The position numbers and the translations under genes are program-made. This document shows positions 62,267 to 64,000 of a stretch of 64,000 nt of DNA, piece after piece (position 1 is the first letter of the stretch; every line of letters begins with the position of its first letter). This DNA is from Eimeria praecox (Eukaryota): assembly GCA_963920595.1 (NCBI GenBank), contig OY986946.1, positions 1,426,001 through 1,490,000 of the forward strand, given 5' to 3'. The notes below the pieces were generated by a model. That model had not been told where the DNA came from. It did not search any database and saw only the letters and a program-made list of their open reading frames with translations.

Positions 62267-63333
62267 GATGCTCAGCTCGATTATGTATTGTACAGTCTAT
62301 GATATCCATCTAAAGCAAAACCTATTTATTATTAATTTGATAATGTTTGAAATGTAGTTTAATTTTCTTAGCTTAGAGAGGAGAAGGTTAAATAATATCT
62401 CCTTTAGAATATTAGTTTATTAAGCTAGGATACATACATAGACACCTCGGAGGGTTAGATGCTCCGCAGCTAGTATAGGTAGGTAGGTAATTTGAAGATA
62501 AACTTTATTATACTTGCATATTATATTATCTCTCTCTCTCTCCAGGATGTTTAACACAAAAACATGAAAGATTAGAGAGGCCCCCCGCCTCCCTCTCACC
62601 TCTACCCCCACGTGTCTGTCTGTCTCCCTCTGTTCTAAACGCTTGTAGAGAAGGGGGAGTCTGTTGTCTCTTCAAGTAATTATTGTTTCAGATATATTTG
62701 TTCTTTGGTGAGCATAACAACCATGAGAGTCGTAGGCTAAATCCCTTTATATTCAATGCAAGTTGTGTATCTCTCACACTAGAAGAAAAGCAAACGTACA
62801 GCTATCAGATACATTATACATGTTTGTTTGGAGGGTAGAAGAGGGCTGTCTGCTCTTTTATAATGAGATTCTGTAGAGACCTCAGGTACAGCATGAGAAG
62901 AAGCAACACATGAGAGGCCCCGTAAAGCAGGCAGCGCTAAGTCTATCAAGCGCATCAGCTCTCCCCTAGAACAAAGAAGTCGTGTATAGCTACAATTTCA
63001 GAGGATACAGATCCTAAGGAACAAGTGATAGCCCCTCTTTGTTTTTAGAATTCGTGAGAAGAAGAGCAGAAAAGCCTGAGGTATTGAGAGAGAGGAGTGT
63101 GTCTCTCTGTCTTTAGCTGCAGCTCCTGCTGCTAGGAAACCCGAGATACGAGGAGACAGAGGAGACACAAACACGATTTTGAAACAGAGACAACCAGCTG
63201 TATCAAGAGATGCTCAACAGAAGCTAAGCCCTCCTCACTCAGCACAGAGCTTGCAGTGGCGAGGAAGTAGACACACTTACTACAGATAGAACGTTTCTCT
63301 CTCTCTCTCTCTATATATATATATACATCTCTC

Positions 63334-63375
<42 letters not shown>

Positions 63376-64000
63376 GAGAGAGAGAGAGCATGTCTCGTAG
63401 GCTGTAGCCTTCATGTTGACAGGTGTAGAAGCTCCCTGAGCTCTGACTAGCTGCTGATTTGAGGGATTTGTCTCTGCTGTCTGCTAAGAGTGTCTGAGGT
63501 AAATACTTCGTTTTTTATACTTTTTCTAGTTGTTCTATTCATCTAACATCTAGTAGGTCTAATCCGATCGGTTCTGTTGCGGGTTTATGTTTATTGTTTA
63601 ATGTTTTAAATAGAATATATTCTATTAATGAAATAAATAAACATAGGAAGATATGTATGTTTGTAGGGATGAGATGTTACAAACTGTCTCGGGTTTAGGA
63701 GACGGGAGAGTGTCTACAATCATAGAAGTGGAGTGTCGAAGCTAGGATTAAAATATGAGGGTAGAAGCTTCTTTAATGTATTTATAGAGTCAAAAAATAT
63801 ATAAAAAACTAATAAAATATAATAAAAACATAAATTGTTGCTATATACTCCTCTAATAGCTGTACATACACCCGAGGAGTCGGGGTTCTGTGCAGTGCAG
63901 CGCCAGGCTATGGTGTATGTTGTGAGCGGTATGAAAGTAGATGTAAATAAATTAAAATTAAATTTATTTAAATTATTAAATAAATTTAAAAGATTATATA

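Overview
Eukaryotic, intron-rich DNA from a coccidian apicomplexan, almost certainly Eimeria. Signs: massive CAG/CTG tracts in exons and introns, interstitial AAACCCT/TTTAGGG telomere-like arrays, TGCATGCA octamers and (AGCT)n tracts. Most listed six-frame ORFs are repeat artefacts, so genes were rebuilt by hand from unique-sequence islands and GT-AG junctions. Left to right: eIF3g (+, first exon outside the window); an RCC1-repeat protein (-); an intronless LIM + HExxH protein matching the plant DA1 peptidase architecture (+); an EF-hand protein (+); a large PHD-finger protein fused to a bacterial-like alpha/alpha-toroid (terpene-cyclase/prenyltransferase-like) domain (-); a divergent SIZ1/PIAS-type SP-RING SUMO E3 ligase starting with an MGxxxS motif (+); RPS3 (+); and a secreted SUEL-lectin/PAN-like protein (-) in a CAG-poor segment beginning near 55 kb. 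The most notable items are the PHD-toroid fusion, the DA1-like peptidase, a recurrent gapped palindrome GSTGT-N4-ACASC (15 copies), tandem duplications of exon ends together with their splice sites, and a 21-bp-phased GATCGATC palindrome array. Family assignments are from motif recognition, not database searches.
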